A model generated the notes under the pieces. It saw nothing but the letters and a program-made list of their open reading frames with translations, made no database searches and was not told the origin of the DNA. The position numbers were made by a program, and so were the translations under genes. A stretch of DNA of 45,245 nt from Vitrella brassicaformis CCMP3155. Taxonomy: Eukaryota; Protista; Chromerida. The stretch covers positions 1 through 45,245 of the forward strand of contig CDMY01000599.1 of NCBI GenBank assembly GCA_001179505.1, written 5' to 3'. Positions 23,401 through 34,132 of this stretch are shown here, piece after piece; the stretch's first letter is position 1; every line of letters begins with the position of its first letter.

Positions 23401-26400
23401 CCTGTGCTGTGTTCGTGTGTGTGTTGGTGTGTGTGTGTGTTGGTGTGTTGGTGTGTTGGTGTGTTGGTGTGTTTGTTCAGGTCACATATTGAAGATCTTT
23501 GTGGACAACCCTTTCCCCGTCACCCTCATCAAGCAAGCCACGACAGTCAGATGCCTGGACCTCAGCGTGTCAAGGAAAAAGGTGATATGAGTCCCCACAC
23601 ACACATACACTCACACATGGATGGATGGATGTGTCATGTGTGTGTGGACTGGACAGCTGGCGGTAGTGGACGAAACGGCCAACATGTTGGTGTACGACCT
23701 GGACAGCAAGCAGCTCATCTACCAGGAGCCCAACGCCAACTCGGTCGCCTGGAACACAGAGATGGAGGACATGCTCGCATACAGCGGTCAGTCAGTCAGT
23801 CAGCCAGTCAGTCCACACACACTCACACACAGAAATCCATTCGCACGTACGTGTGTGTGTGTGGGGCTCATCCTCCCTCTCTCTCTCTCTCTCCCCCTCT
23901 CTATTGGATGCTTTCAGGCAACAACACGCTGTGCATCAAGACGGGCACCTTCCCCCCACACACGCAGAAGCTCCAGGCAACCCCCTCCCCCGCCCCGCCC
24001 CTCTCCCAACGCACACGCAATGCTCTGACTGACCATCCCTCTCTCTCTCTGTCCGTCCACCAGGGCTTCGTTGTTGGGTTCAAGGGTTCCAAGATCTTTT
24101 GTCTGCACTACGTGTCCATGCAGACTATCGACGTGCCGCAGTCGGCCTCCATGTTCAGGTACCTCGACCGCAAAGACTTCCACACCGCTTACAGAGTCGC
24201 CTGCCTCGGCGTCACCGAGAGCGACTGGAGGGCCCTCGCCATCAACTGCCTCTCCAGCTTCCAATTCGATCTCGCCAGGAAGGTAAGGTACCCACGAGAG
24301 AGAGAAGGAATCATGTGTGTCTGGATTGCGTGTGGTGTGGTGTGGGTGGGTGTGTTGTGGATGGTTTGGTTGTTTGCCGTGAGTGAGTGCAGGCGTTCAT
24401 TCGGATTCGCGACGTGCGGTATCTGGACCTGCTGACGCGGCTGCAGGCGAGCTACGGCAAGAAGAAGCAGCTCACGCAGGAGGAGGAAAACATGATCCTC
24501 GCACAAGTGCACGCCATTCAGGTGCAGTCACTGCACCTACCCACCCCCACACACACCCGACACACCCGACACACCCACGGCCCGTCCATCCATTCATCCA
24601 TCCACCCCATCTGGCGTCTGTCTGTGTATCTATCAGGGGCAGTACAGAGAGGCGGCGGAGCGGTTCCTCAAGTCGGGTCAGCCCAAGCTGGCCGTCGACA
24701 TGTTCACCGACCTGCGCAAGTGGGACGAGGCCAAGCAGTGGGCTGCCATCATCGAGAAAGACGCTCTCACACAGAAGGGTAAGCTACGCAGGCAGGCCTA
24801 TGTCACTCTCCCCCCACCCACGCAACGCATCGCATTCCCTCTCCAACTTTTCCTTTGTGTGTGCAGCGGCGCCCCCGCCCCTTACTGCAGCAGCAGCAGC
24901 AGCATCGCCGCTGAGAACCGAGGAGAGGGAGAGGGAGAGGGATGGTGCCCCCGCACCACCCGCCCCTGGTGCGGTGTTGGCAGCGGCCCCTGCACTGAGT
25001 GTGTCGGCGTCTGATGTCGGCAAGCAGGGGGCCGTCCTCACACCCGTCGCACACCTTCCACCACCTGCCGCCGCCGCTGCTGCTGCTGCTGCTGCTGCAC
25101 CAGCAGCAGTCAGCAAGGAGCCAGAGGATGGTGGCGAGTCGATGGCGCAGGGGCTGATCATGCTGCAGGTGGGGGAGTCGGTTGGGCACAGATGGATGGA
25201 CGGATGGCAATCTATCTGGTATGGGCGGTGTGGTGTGCAGGCTGTGACGTCAGAGGAAGATGGAGATCTCCGGAGTGCCGGCGAGATGTACTTCAAGGCC
25301 GGCAAGTATCGCAAAGCCGTCGAGATCTTCATCAAGCTACAGGCGGTAAGAGCCAAGGCCTCTCCCCGTCCCTCTCCCTCCCTCCCTCCATGTGTGTGTC
25401 TGTGTGTCAGTTGGAGCCGTTGATAGAGGTGGTGCGTCACCTTGTGGCCGCGGGCGATGTGATCGGCAGCAGGGCACCCCCCAGCGGCCTCAGCGACAAA
25501 GACGTCCGGGAGCTGCTCGCCATGGCCGCAAAGCTGTTCAGGCAGAAGGGACACTTCTCCTTCGCGAAGGTGAGAATGTCTGTCTGTGTGTCCATGGCGA
25601 CCACACACACACAGGGACAGTCCAATGTGTCCGTGTGTCCGTGTGTGTGTGTGTGGGGGGGATTGGTATTGTCTGTCAGGAGACGTTGCTCAAGCTGGGT
25701 GACATCGGTCAGCTGATGGGTCTGTACGTGGAGATGCACCGGTGGGAGGAGGCATTCGGACTCGCCGAGCAGTACCCCCAACACGCACACGCCATTCATC
25801 TGCCCTGGGCGGAGTGGCTCGTCACACAGGACGGGTAAGGTAGCAACTGCACACATACACACACACCACGTGTGTGTGGACTGACTTTGTGTGTGTACTG
25901 TACGTGTCTGTCAGGTTCGACGAGGCGCGAGCGGCCTACGCCCAGGCGGGCCGTCGGGATCTCTCCCTCTCCCTCCTCCACACCCTCACCACCAACGCCG
26001 TCACGGAGCGAAGATTCAAAGTAGGTCACGTCACCTACACACCCATCCAATCCACGTGTGTGTATCTCACCCTCTGTCCTCTCTGTGTGTGTTGTGTGTC
26101 AGGATGCGGCCCGTTACTACTGGTCCTTGGCTGTGGAGAGCGTGCAGAGTGCGGAGTCGGCCACGGGCAGCAGCCATGACGACGAAATGGCCAGAAGACG
26201 GGTATGTGTGTGGTCGAGCCACTCAGGCGGCATCTCTCTGTATGTGTGTGTGTGTGTGTGGTGCGTGTGTGTGTGTGTGGATGCGTTACACACAGGGTGT
26301 GTCGCAGTTTTGGGAGTATCGTCGGTATGGCGAGCTGTACTACGCCTTCGCCATGATACACTCATTCATGAGGGAGCCCTTCACACAACACACACAAGGT

Positions 26401-28448
26401 AGGTATTGTCTGCCTGCCCGTTTATCCATCCATCCGGGTGTGGTGTGGTGTGGTGTTTGTGTGCGTGTGTTGGTTGATTCAGAGCAGCTGCTCAACGCCA
26501 CGCTGTTCCTGTGGAACATCCTTGCATCACCGGGGCTCACAAGGCCAAAACCCACATCACACAAGTGAGTGAAGTGAACACACCACATCCCCACACACAC
26601 TCACACACATACACTCCAACCAACGCCCATCTCCTGCCTGCCTGCATCCCTCCTCTCTCCTTCGTGTGTGCAGGGGCGTTGACGCGACACACAACACCGT
26701 CACAGCATTCCTCAAAGGCAAGTCGTCAAGTCAGCACAGCTCACGCACCCACACAGCTCCCCTCTACACCAACCAACACACATCCACGCTGTTGCTGTTG
26801 CTGTTGCTGTTGCGTCTCGTGTGTCATCAGAACGGGCAGAGGCCTCCGGTGCAGGTGTGGGTGTGGGTACTGCTGTGCGGCCCACGGTCTCTGGCGCCGG
26901 TGCAGGAGGGTGGTCGGCCAAGATGGTGCCGCCGGGCATCTCCCGCGCCGCCATCCTATACGCCATGGCCAAGAAGGCACAGGCACTCGACGCCGCCAAG
27001 CTGGCAAGATTCGCACACGACAGACTCCAGGTAGGAAGGGTCAGGTGTGTGTGTGTGCGTGTGCGTGGATCGTGATGTGTGGTGTGTTGTCAGGAGGTGC
27101 GTCTGCCTCCGAAGTGGCAGAATGAGAGCGACATTGCCGCACTGCAACTGCGGGCCAAGCCTTACATCGTATGCACACACGCGGAGAGGGAGAGAGAGGG
27201 AGAGAGAGGGAGAGAAGGAGAGAAAGAGGGAGGGAGCGATGAGTGCAGGTGTGTTGTGTTGTGTTGTGTGGTTTGTGGGCAGGACAACGAGGATTTGGTG
27301 CCGATTTGCTACCGGTGCATGGGCAACAACCCTCTGGTCAGGACCAACCTCGACTCGTGCGCCCACTGCGGCCACCCGTTCGTGCGCGACTTCCTGTCTT
27401 TCGAAACCCTCCCTCTCGTATGTATGCCATGCCCTCACTCACACACATCACATCCTTCATCCCATCCTCCAATATCCCTCTCTCTGTGTTGTGTGTTTGT
27501 GTCAGGTAGAGTTTGTGCCCGATGGTGTGGATGACGACAGCGCCATATCGGCCATCAACGAGGAGCCGCCTCACCTGCTCAGACACATCCAGGAAGACTC
27601 CACCGACGGGTAGGTGATGTGACATTATGCGGGCGGCACACCCACCACACCACCCCACACCCCACCACACACACGCCTCAATCACTGTGTGTGTGTCGGT
27701 GTTGTGTTGACCTGCCTGTGTGTCGTGCCAGGTGGAGGGAGGGCCGAGCCGCCGGCGGCGGTGGTGGTGGCGGTGGTGCAGACACCCTGACGCTCGACGT
27801 GGATGTCGGCGGACACCATGGCGGCATCAACGACGGTCAGCCAATACACACACACCCTGACAGACATCCGCTCATCAGTCAGTAGTCAGGCCGCGCGTGG
27901 TGTTGTGTGTGCGTGTGTTGGTCTGTGTGGTCAGATGAGTCGGATCCCTTTCTGTCCAAGATGGAGGAGGCGATGAGCATGGCGGTGCCGGGCGAGCCCT
28001 ACCGACCCATCCCCGTAGACATCAGCTCACTCAAAGCCATGAACCCAGAACTCGTATGTAAACCAAAGCCTCCCACTTCACATCCCCACCCAACGGACAG
28101 ACAGACGGACACTCATCGATGTCTCTCACACTGTGAGAGTGTGTGTGTGTGTGGATGGATGGATGGATGGCAGGTGCACATAGTCGACTACCGGCGTGTG
28201 AGCCCTTTGCTGCCGGTGTTGTACTACCGCTGCATGATCCCCGAGGTGGCCTTGTCGGTGAGCCACACGTGCGGGCACTTCTACCACCAGCAGGCCATAG
28301 AGGAGGAGCTCCTCAGCACACAGCAGTGGCCCTTCTGCGGAACCACCGTACGTAATGGTGGATGGATGGCACACAGACAGACAGACGAGACGGGGATGGA
28401 TGGATGTGTGTGTGTGTGCGTGTGCATCTGCAGGAGATTGATCCCTAG
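20487..28448 (+). CDS. IFT122: Intraflagellar transport protein 122 (IFT-A; WD40 repeats, TPR-like region, C-terminal zinc-binding motifs)
   Basis: Dozens of short exons spelling [12 protein letters not shown]..., [141 protein letters not shown] and ending EIDP*. Confidence 0.95.
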
Positions 28449-28773
28449 CTATAGCTCGCTACCTTTGTGGAGTGACGGCGGACGGCAGACAGGTTGTGCG
28501 TGTGGGAAGGGGAGTGTTGTGCGCTGTATAGCTAGCTGGTTGTATTATATGTGTGCATGTGGATATCAGTGTGTGTACTGATTGGTTCCGCAATTCTCTA
28601 TGCCGGCGACTCGACTGACTGGCAGTCCCATTCACTGGTCGAGGTTCCTGATGCCATGAGTCCATGTCCCCCGTCAGTCAGTGTCCTCGCACTCAACCAC
28701 AGCCCAGCCGGGCCGGGCAGACCACACACACACACATCACCACATCTCACACACAATACGGAGTCATCGGCCA

Positions 28774-31700
28774 TCAGGATAAGAAAAACGATGCCCCCAC
28801 ACCGACCACCAGACACACCCTGACACCAGACAGACACACACCCCAAACTGAAGTGTGTGTGTGTTGGGAGGGGGGAGAGGGGGGGGGGGGGGGGGGNNNN
28901 NNNNNNNNNNNNNNNNNNNNNNNNNNNNNNNNNNNNNNNNNNNNNNNNNNNNNNNNNNNNNNNNNNNNNNNNNNNNNNNNNNNNNNNNNNNNNNNNNNNN
29001 NNNNNNNNNNNNNNNNNNNNNNNNNNNNNNNNNNNNNNNNNNNNNNNNNNNNNNNNNNNNNNNNNNNNNNNNNNNNNNNNNNNNNNNNNNNNNNNNNNNN
29101 NNNNNNNNNNNNNNNNNNNNNNNNNNNNNNNNNNNNNNNNNNNNNNNNNNNNNNNNNNNNNNNNNNNNNNNNNNNNNNNNNNNNNNNNNNNNNNNNGGGG
29201 GTGGGGGGGGGGGGGGGGGGGGGGGGGGGGGGCGTACGCTGTGATGAGCAGGGGCCGTGTTTGTGTGGCGTGTCCACCAGGTTCGACCTTGTAGCCCAAT
29301 TTCTTGAGCTTATCGACGGCCTGGTCGGTGTCGAGCTGGTCCTGCTTCTCCTGCTGCGCGTCCGTCATCTCTGCAGGCAGCCCACCAACCAACCACACAC
29401 ATAGGACAATGTCTCCGAGGGCGTGTGTATTTGTGTGTGCGCAGGGGAAGGGGGAGGGGGTGTGGGTGTCTGTCTGTCTGACTGATTTCGTTGTCGACGT
29501 TGACGGAGAGGGCCTGTTTGGAGGCAACCATGCCGGTCACCATCTTCTGGAGCTGCACGTGGGCACACACGCATACACACACGCACACACACAGGGTTTG
29601 ATGCAGGTGGCCACACCACACACCAGGTGGTTAGCTTACTGTCTTGAGAAGAGTCTTTTCCTCCTCGTTGAGCTGGTCGAAGTCATCCTGCTTCTTCTTT
29701 ATCCTTCACACACACACACACACACACGCACAGGCCATGTCTCTCACCGCAGCCATAGCCCCCCCCCCCCCCCCCCCCCNNNNNNNNNNNNNNNNNNNNN
29801 NNNNNNNNNNNNNNNNNNNNNNNNNNNNNNNNNNNNNNNNNNNNNNNNNNNNNNNNNNNNNNNNNNNNNNNNNNNNNNNNNNNNNNNNNNNNNNNNNNNN
29901 NNNNNNNNNNNNNNNNNNNNNNNNNNNNNNNNNNNNNNNNNNNNNNNNNNNNNNNNNNNNNNNNNNNNNNNNNNNNNNNNNNNNNNNNNNNNNNNNNNNN
30001 NNNNNNNNNNNNNNNNNNNNNNNNNNNNNNNNNNNNNNNNNNNNNNNNNNNNNNNNNNNNNNNNNNNNNNNNNNNNNNNCCCCCGGCCAATGCCGATTTA
30101 TGTGTGCGACATACATACAGGTCTTTCGTGTAGTTGATTTCGTCCCCCACTGTCTTTTTCTTCTTGATGAGTCCGTTCATCTGGTCCACAATGATTTTGT
30201 TCTTGCCCAGCCACTTCTGCAGGTCCATGCTCGCCATCTGCGTCTGGCTCGGCAGCTCGCCGTGCTCGCTCCCATTCAACTTGATCTCACCCACCCTCTC
30301 CAGACCGGGGGGCGGCTTCGGAACCTCACTAGCCTTCTGCAGCGTCTCGTCCGTGTGCTTGACCTGCTCGGCCAGCTCCTTATCGGCCTGCTCAGCGGCC
30401 TTCTTGGTGGCATTTGCTGCTGGTCCTGTGGGAGCGGCTGTTTGTCCTGGTGGTGGTGGTTGGGGGGGCTCTGGTGCTGCCGTGGCTGGTGTGGGCGGCG
30501 TTGTGGGGGCGGCGGCTCCTGTGCCTTCTTTGTTGCCGGCTGGTATTGCGGCTGCCGGTGGTGTCTCCGGCTCTTTCTTCTCCCCATCCTTGTTTTCAGC
30601 AGGCTTCTTCTCAGCTGATGGCTTTCCACTCTCTTTGGACTCTTTCTTCTCTGGCTCGTTCTCGGCTGTAGGGGATTTGTCAGCACCAGCCGGGGCGGCG
30701 GCCCCTTGGCCCTTGTCCTTCTCCTTCTCCCCAGCGGCCTCCTTGACTTCCTCTGGTGTCAGGGACGTAACCTGCGGCAGCTCTGGAGGCAGTGTTTGGT
30801 CATTGAGGCCCTGCGGGTCGGTCTGCTTGTCCAGCGGCGCCTCGGGCGCTGTTTTTGCTGCTGCTGGCTGTGCTGCTGGTGGCTGTGGCGGGGTTCCTGG
30901 GGCAGCTCCAGGGGCGGCGGTAGCGGGAGGGACAGGGGTAGCGGGCTTGCCCTCGTCGGGCTTCTTCTCCACCTCTTTTGCTGCTGGTACTGGTGCTGGC
31001 GGCTCCTTGGGATGTTCGGCAGGTGGTGGGTTGATTGTTATCCACTCGCCGCCCTGCTGCTTCTCAGCTGGCACCGGGGCATTGGCCGGTGGCAGCTGCT
31101 GCCCTGGCTGGCTGGCTGCTGGTGCTGGTGGTTGTGCTGCCGGGGAAGAAGGAGAGGCTTGTGGAGGTTGGCCGGGTGGCTGGTTCGGCGGTGGCTGCTG
31201 TGGTTTTGGATTTGCTTTGGGGTCGACTGGCGGTTTGCCTGATGATGATGCAGAAGAATTAGACAGACAGGCAGGTAGCTATGCGCCCCTCATGTGTGCG
31301 CCTTCACCTGCATCGGTGGGCTGTGGGTTGGGGGCTGGGGCTGCCTGAGGCTGGGGCTGGGGAGGATTGGGCAGCGGCGCCTTCTCGTCGCCTTGCGCCT
31401 CCTGAACGAACACCATGCAAGCCAGCCAGCCGCACACACAGCATTGCGCTATTCATTATACGGGAGCTTGTAGCCAGCCAGCCGCTTACCTCTTCCATGG
31501 TCATGACCTTCTCGTCATCGCCGACCTGTTTGCTACGGTGTGTCCGCAGCAGACCGGTGGACGAACCTGAAACCAACAGCCATGGAGGCACATTGCGGTT
31601 CAGCATGGTTCAGCTTCTACCTACCCGCTGGTCTGGCGAGCGTCTGTGGCGGCAGCTGTCTATCAAGATGACCAACAGTGGGAAAGAGCCGTCTCACCTG

Positions 31701-32155
31701 CATCGCACCGCCACAGGATGGATGCAGTAATACCGCCATCATTGCGAACTCACAGCACAAGAGAATGCATCCCGTCCGTCTGCAGATGATTGAACTCACC
31801 TCTCTGTCCCTGGCCGCCGTCATGGGCGCGGTGCGCCCCCTGGTCTCCACCAGCCCCAAAGGTCTCACATCATCCACGAGCACATCCTCGCCTTGAAGTT
31901 CTCTCTCTCTCTCTTCATCTGCACTGACATCCTCCTCAACATCCGATTCGGCCGCGTCATCGGACGTCGCGGCCTGCCAGTCGTGAAAGTCGTCGAATAG
32001 AGCGTCAGAGAGAGCCTTGGGCGGGCTATGCCTTCTCAGCTCTTTGTGTTGCGGTTGGAGAGCGCAGCGGCGGATCCCTTGAGGCATGATCTTGCGAAGG
32101 AGCGGGAGATGACGCAGCCCAGGACCAGAAGATACACCGTCGCTAAGAGCGCCAT
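28774..32155 (-). CDS. Probably secreted or surface Pro/Gln/Ala/Glu/Lys-rich protein with a C-terminal coiled coil; both ends uncertain
   Basis: Long exon of about 30130-31235 (KPPVDPKANPKPQQPPP...PAAAIP...MDLQKWLGKNKIIVDQMNGLIKKKK), then small exons (RIKKKQDDFDQLNEEEKTLLKT; LQKMVTGMVASKQ; EMTDAQQEKQDQLD). Hydrophobic MALLATVYLLVLGCVISRSFA at 32155. A possible hydrophobic tail VCLVVGVGASFFLS* lies beyond an assembly gap. Confidence 0.6.
28897..29196. other. Assembly gap (300 N) flanked by poly-G on both sides
   Basis: Run of N with G homopolymers at about 28879-28896 and about 29197-29231. Confidence 0.95.
29780..30079. other. Assembly gap (300 N) flanked by poly-C on both sides
   Basis: Run of N with C homopolymers at about 29760-29779 and 30080-30084. 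Confidence 0.95.
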
Positions 32156-32503
32156 TGCAGGACTAACCACTTCAGGGAGCTGTCAGGGAGTTTGGCACTT
32201 GTGTGGTTGGTAGATGGGGCGGGTGGGGGAGTGATGAAGACGAACGATGAAGGGATGGCTGCAGCAATGGGGAGTGGTTAAGATGAGCACTGAACAGGCT
32301 AGGAACCCTTAAAGTGAGGACCAATGGCGGCTACTGGCGTCGTAATCCCACGCATGAGCTGCAGCTGAAGCGCGGCAGCGGTCCGGCAGCGTCATCTGCC
32401 AGCCCCGCGATCTACTGGGGGCCCTTTCAACGTCTCAACCGCAGTCTCCCTTGCATCATGAGAAAGCCTCCACACGACACCCCCTGAACCGACGGCGGCC
32501 AAG

Positions 32504-33952
32504 ATGGTTGCGCAGCCGCTCCTGTCTTTCGTGGCGGTGCTGATCTCCGTCCTCCCCTCTCTCTCCCCTGGCCCACCACGGCAGCTTACACTCACAGTAC
32601 AGGCCACCCGAACGCGGGACAGGGCATCGATTGGCGCGCCCTTCCTGGGCTTCCACCCGCTGTCCTTCCTGTCCTCGTGGGCGCTGAGGACACGCCGCAG
32701 GCCAGAGAGGAGGAACTCACTCGCACCTACTCCATTGTCGTTCGTGAGAGCCAGCCCGGATCTCAAGAACGTGTCGCAGCCAACGGTAGGAGGGGCCTCT
32801 GCAGGCAGGCACATAAGCATATGCGGGCTCTCTGTGTGATTCTGGGTGATTGCTTTGTCAGGCTGGGGCTTCTGAGAAGGGCGAGGCGGCGACTAACAAA
32901 GAGACGAAGCCGGCAGATGCAACCAAGCCGGTCAGATGAGATGGAACGTCTTGTGGTTATGTTCTTCGCTGTGCCTCTGTGTTACCGATACGTCAGGCGG
33001 CGGCGAGCAAGGAGACGAAGCCGGCTGAAGGCGAGAAGCCTCCGGTAATCAACCCTCCCTCTGAAATCCCTCCTGTCGGTCAGGGCAAGGAGCCCACCCC
33101 TCAAGCCACTGAATCAGCCACTAGCCCTGCGGCCATCCAACCAGAAGCACCCCAACTACCCAAACCATCCCAGCCACAACCACAACCACAGCCACAACCA
33201 CAACAGCCGACCAATGCCAGTGCGTCAGCCCCACCCCCAGTGGTCAACAGGACAGTGCAGGCCATGAGCTACCAGGAGACGGAGCCCTACGCCGAGGAGG
33301 AGCCCTACTTCTACGAGAACAGGGACCCCAGCACGCTCTACCGTCGCGAGATCCCCGAGAACGTGCCGCCTCACGTCCAGGATGGCGGGCTGCTGCTGCC
33401 GCGGCCCGTGAGCACTGCGTTTGACCCCGGGACGCCTGACCGGTTCAAGACGAGCTACATTCGGTTGTCGGACAGCCGACATTTGATGCGGAGTATAGAG
33501 CGTGAGCTGGACAACACAATGGCCTCCATCCGTGTGGTGGAGCACATCTCGGATCAGCTGCAGAAGTGAGTGAGTGAGTGCAGTGAGCCGGACCAGGGAG
33601 GGGTGTGGGGTATGAGAGCCTCTCATTGTTGTGTCTCTGTGTTATGCAGGGCCACGGAGGAGATGCAGGCCGACGTTAAGCATGACATCCACGCTAAGTA
33701 AGAGGCAGGCAAGGCAGCACAGACATTGCAATGACCATCTGTGTCTCCATTTCTGCTCTCATTTGTTCTTTCAGGACGGCGGTCTTCGAGGGGGCGTCGA
33801 AGGTAGGTTAGAGGCAGAGTGAATGAGTCCATCTCAGGTGTGTGTTTGTTGTGTCTGGTCTCTACTGGATGGATCATGTGCAGGTTGAGGAGGGCATCAA
33901 AGAGGCGACGGATAAGTTCTCCAAGACGGCCGAGGACTTGGGACACACTTAA
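32504..33952 (+). CDS. Signal-peptide-bearing Pro/Gln-rich protein with a helical C-terminus
   Basis: MVAQPLLSFVAVLISVLPSLSPG start. Exons encode AGASEKGEAATNKETKP, AAASKETKPAEGEKPP...PQPQPQPQPQQP...SIERELDNTMASIRVVEHISDQLQK, ATEEMQADVKHDIHAK, TAVFEGASK and VEEGIKEATDKFSKTAEDLGHT*. Confidence 0.7.
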
Positions 33953-34132
33953 TGATTGTCTGAAGCTGATGGAATCATGTGTGTGCACCATCAGTCCCTG
34001 ACTGTGTGTCCTTCGCTGCATGGCATGGGCTGCCATTGGATCATAGCTCCTTGAGACTTGGACAGAGTTATGTATAGAGCATGAGCCTTGGACTATGTAT
34101 AACACGCACACGCACAGATGAAATCGTCTTAA

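Noticed and set aside
28598-30618. Long ORFs containing X runs
   Set aside because: They are artefacts of translating through the two 300-N gaps.
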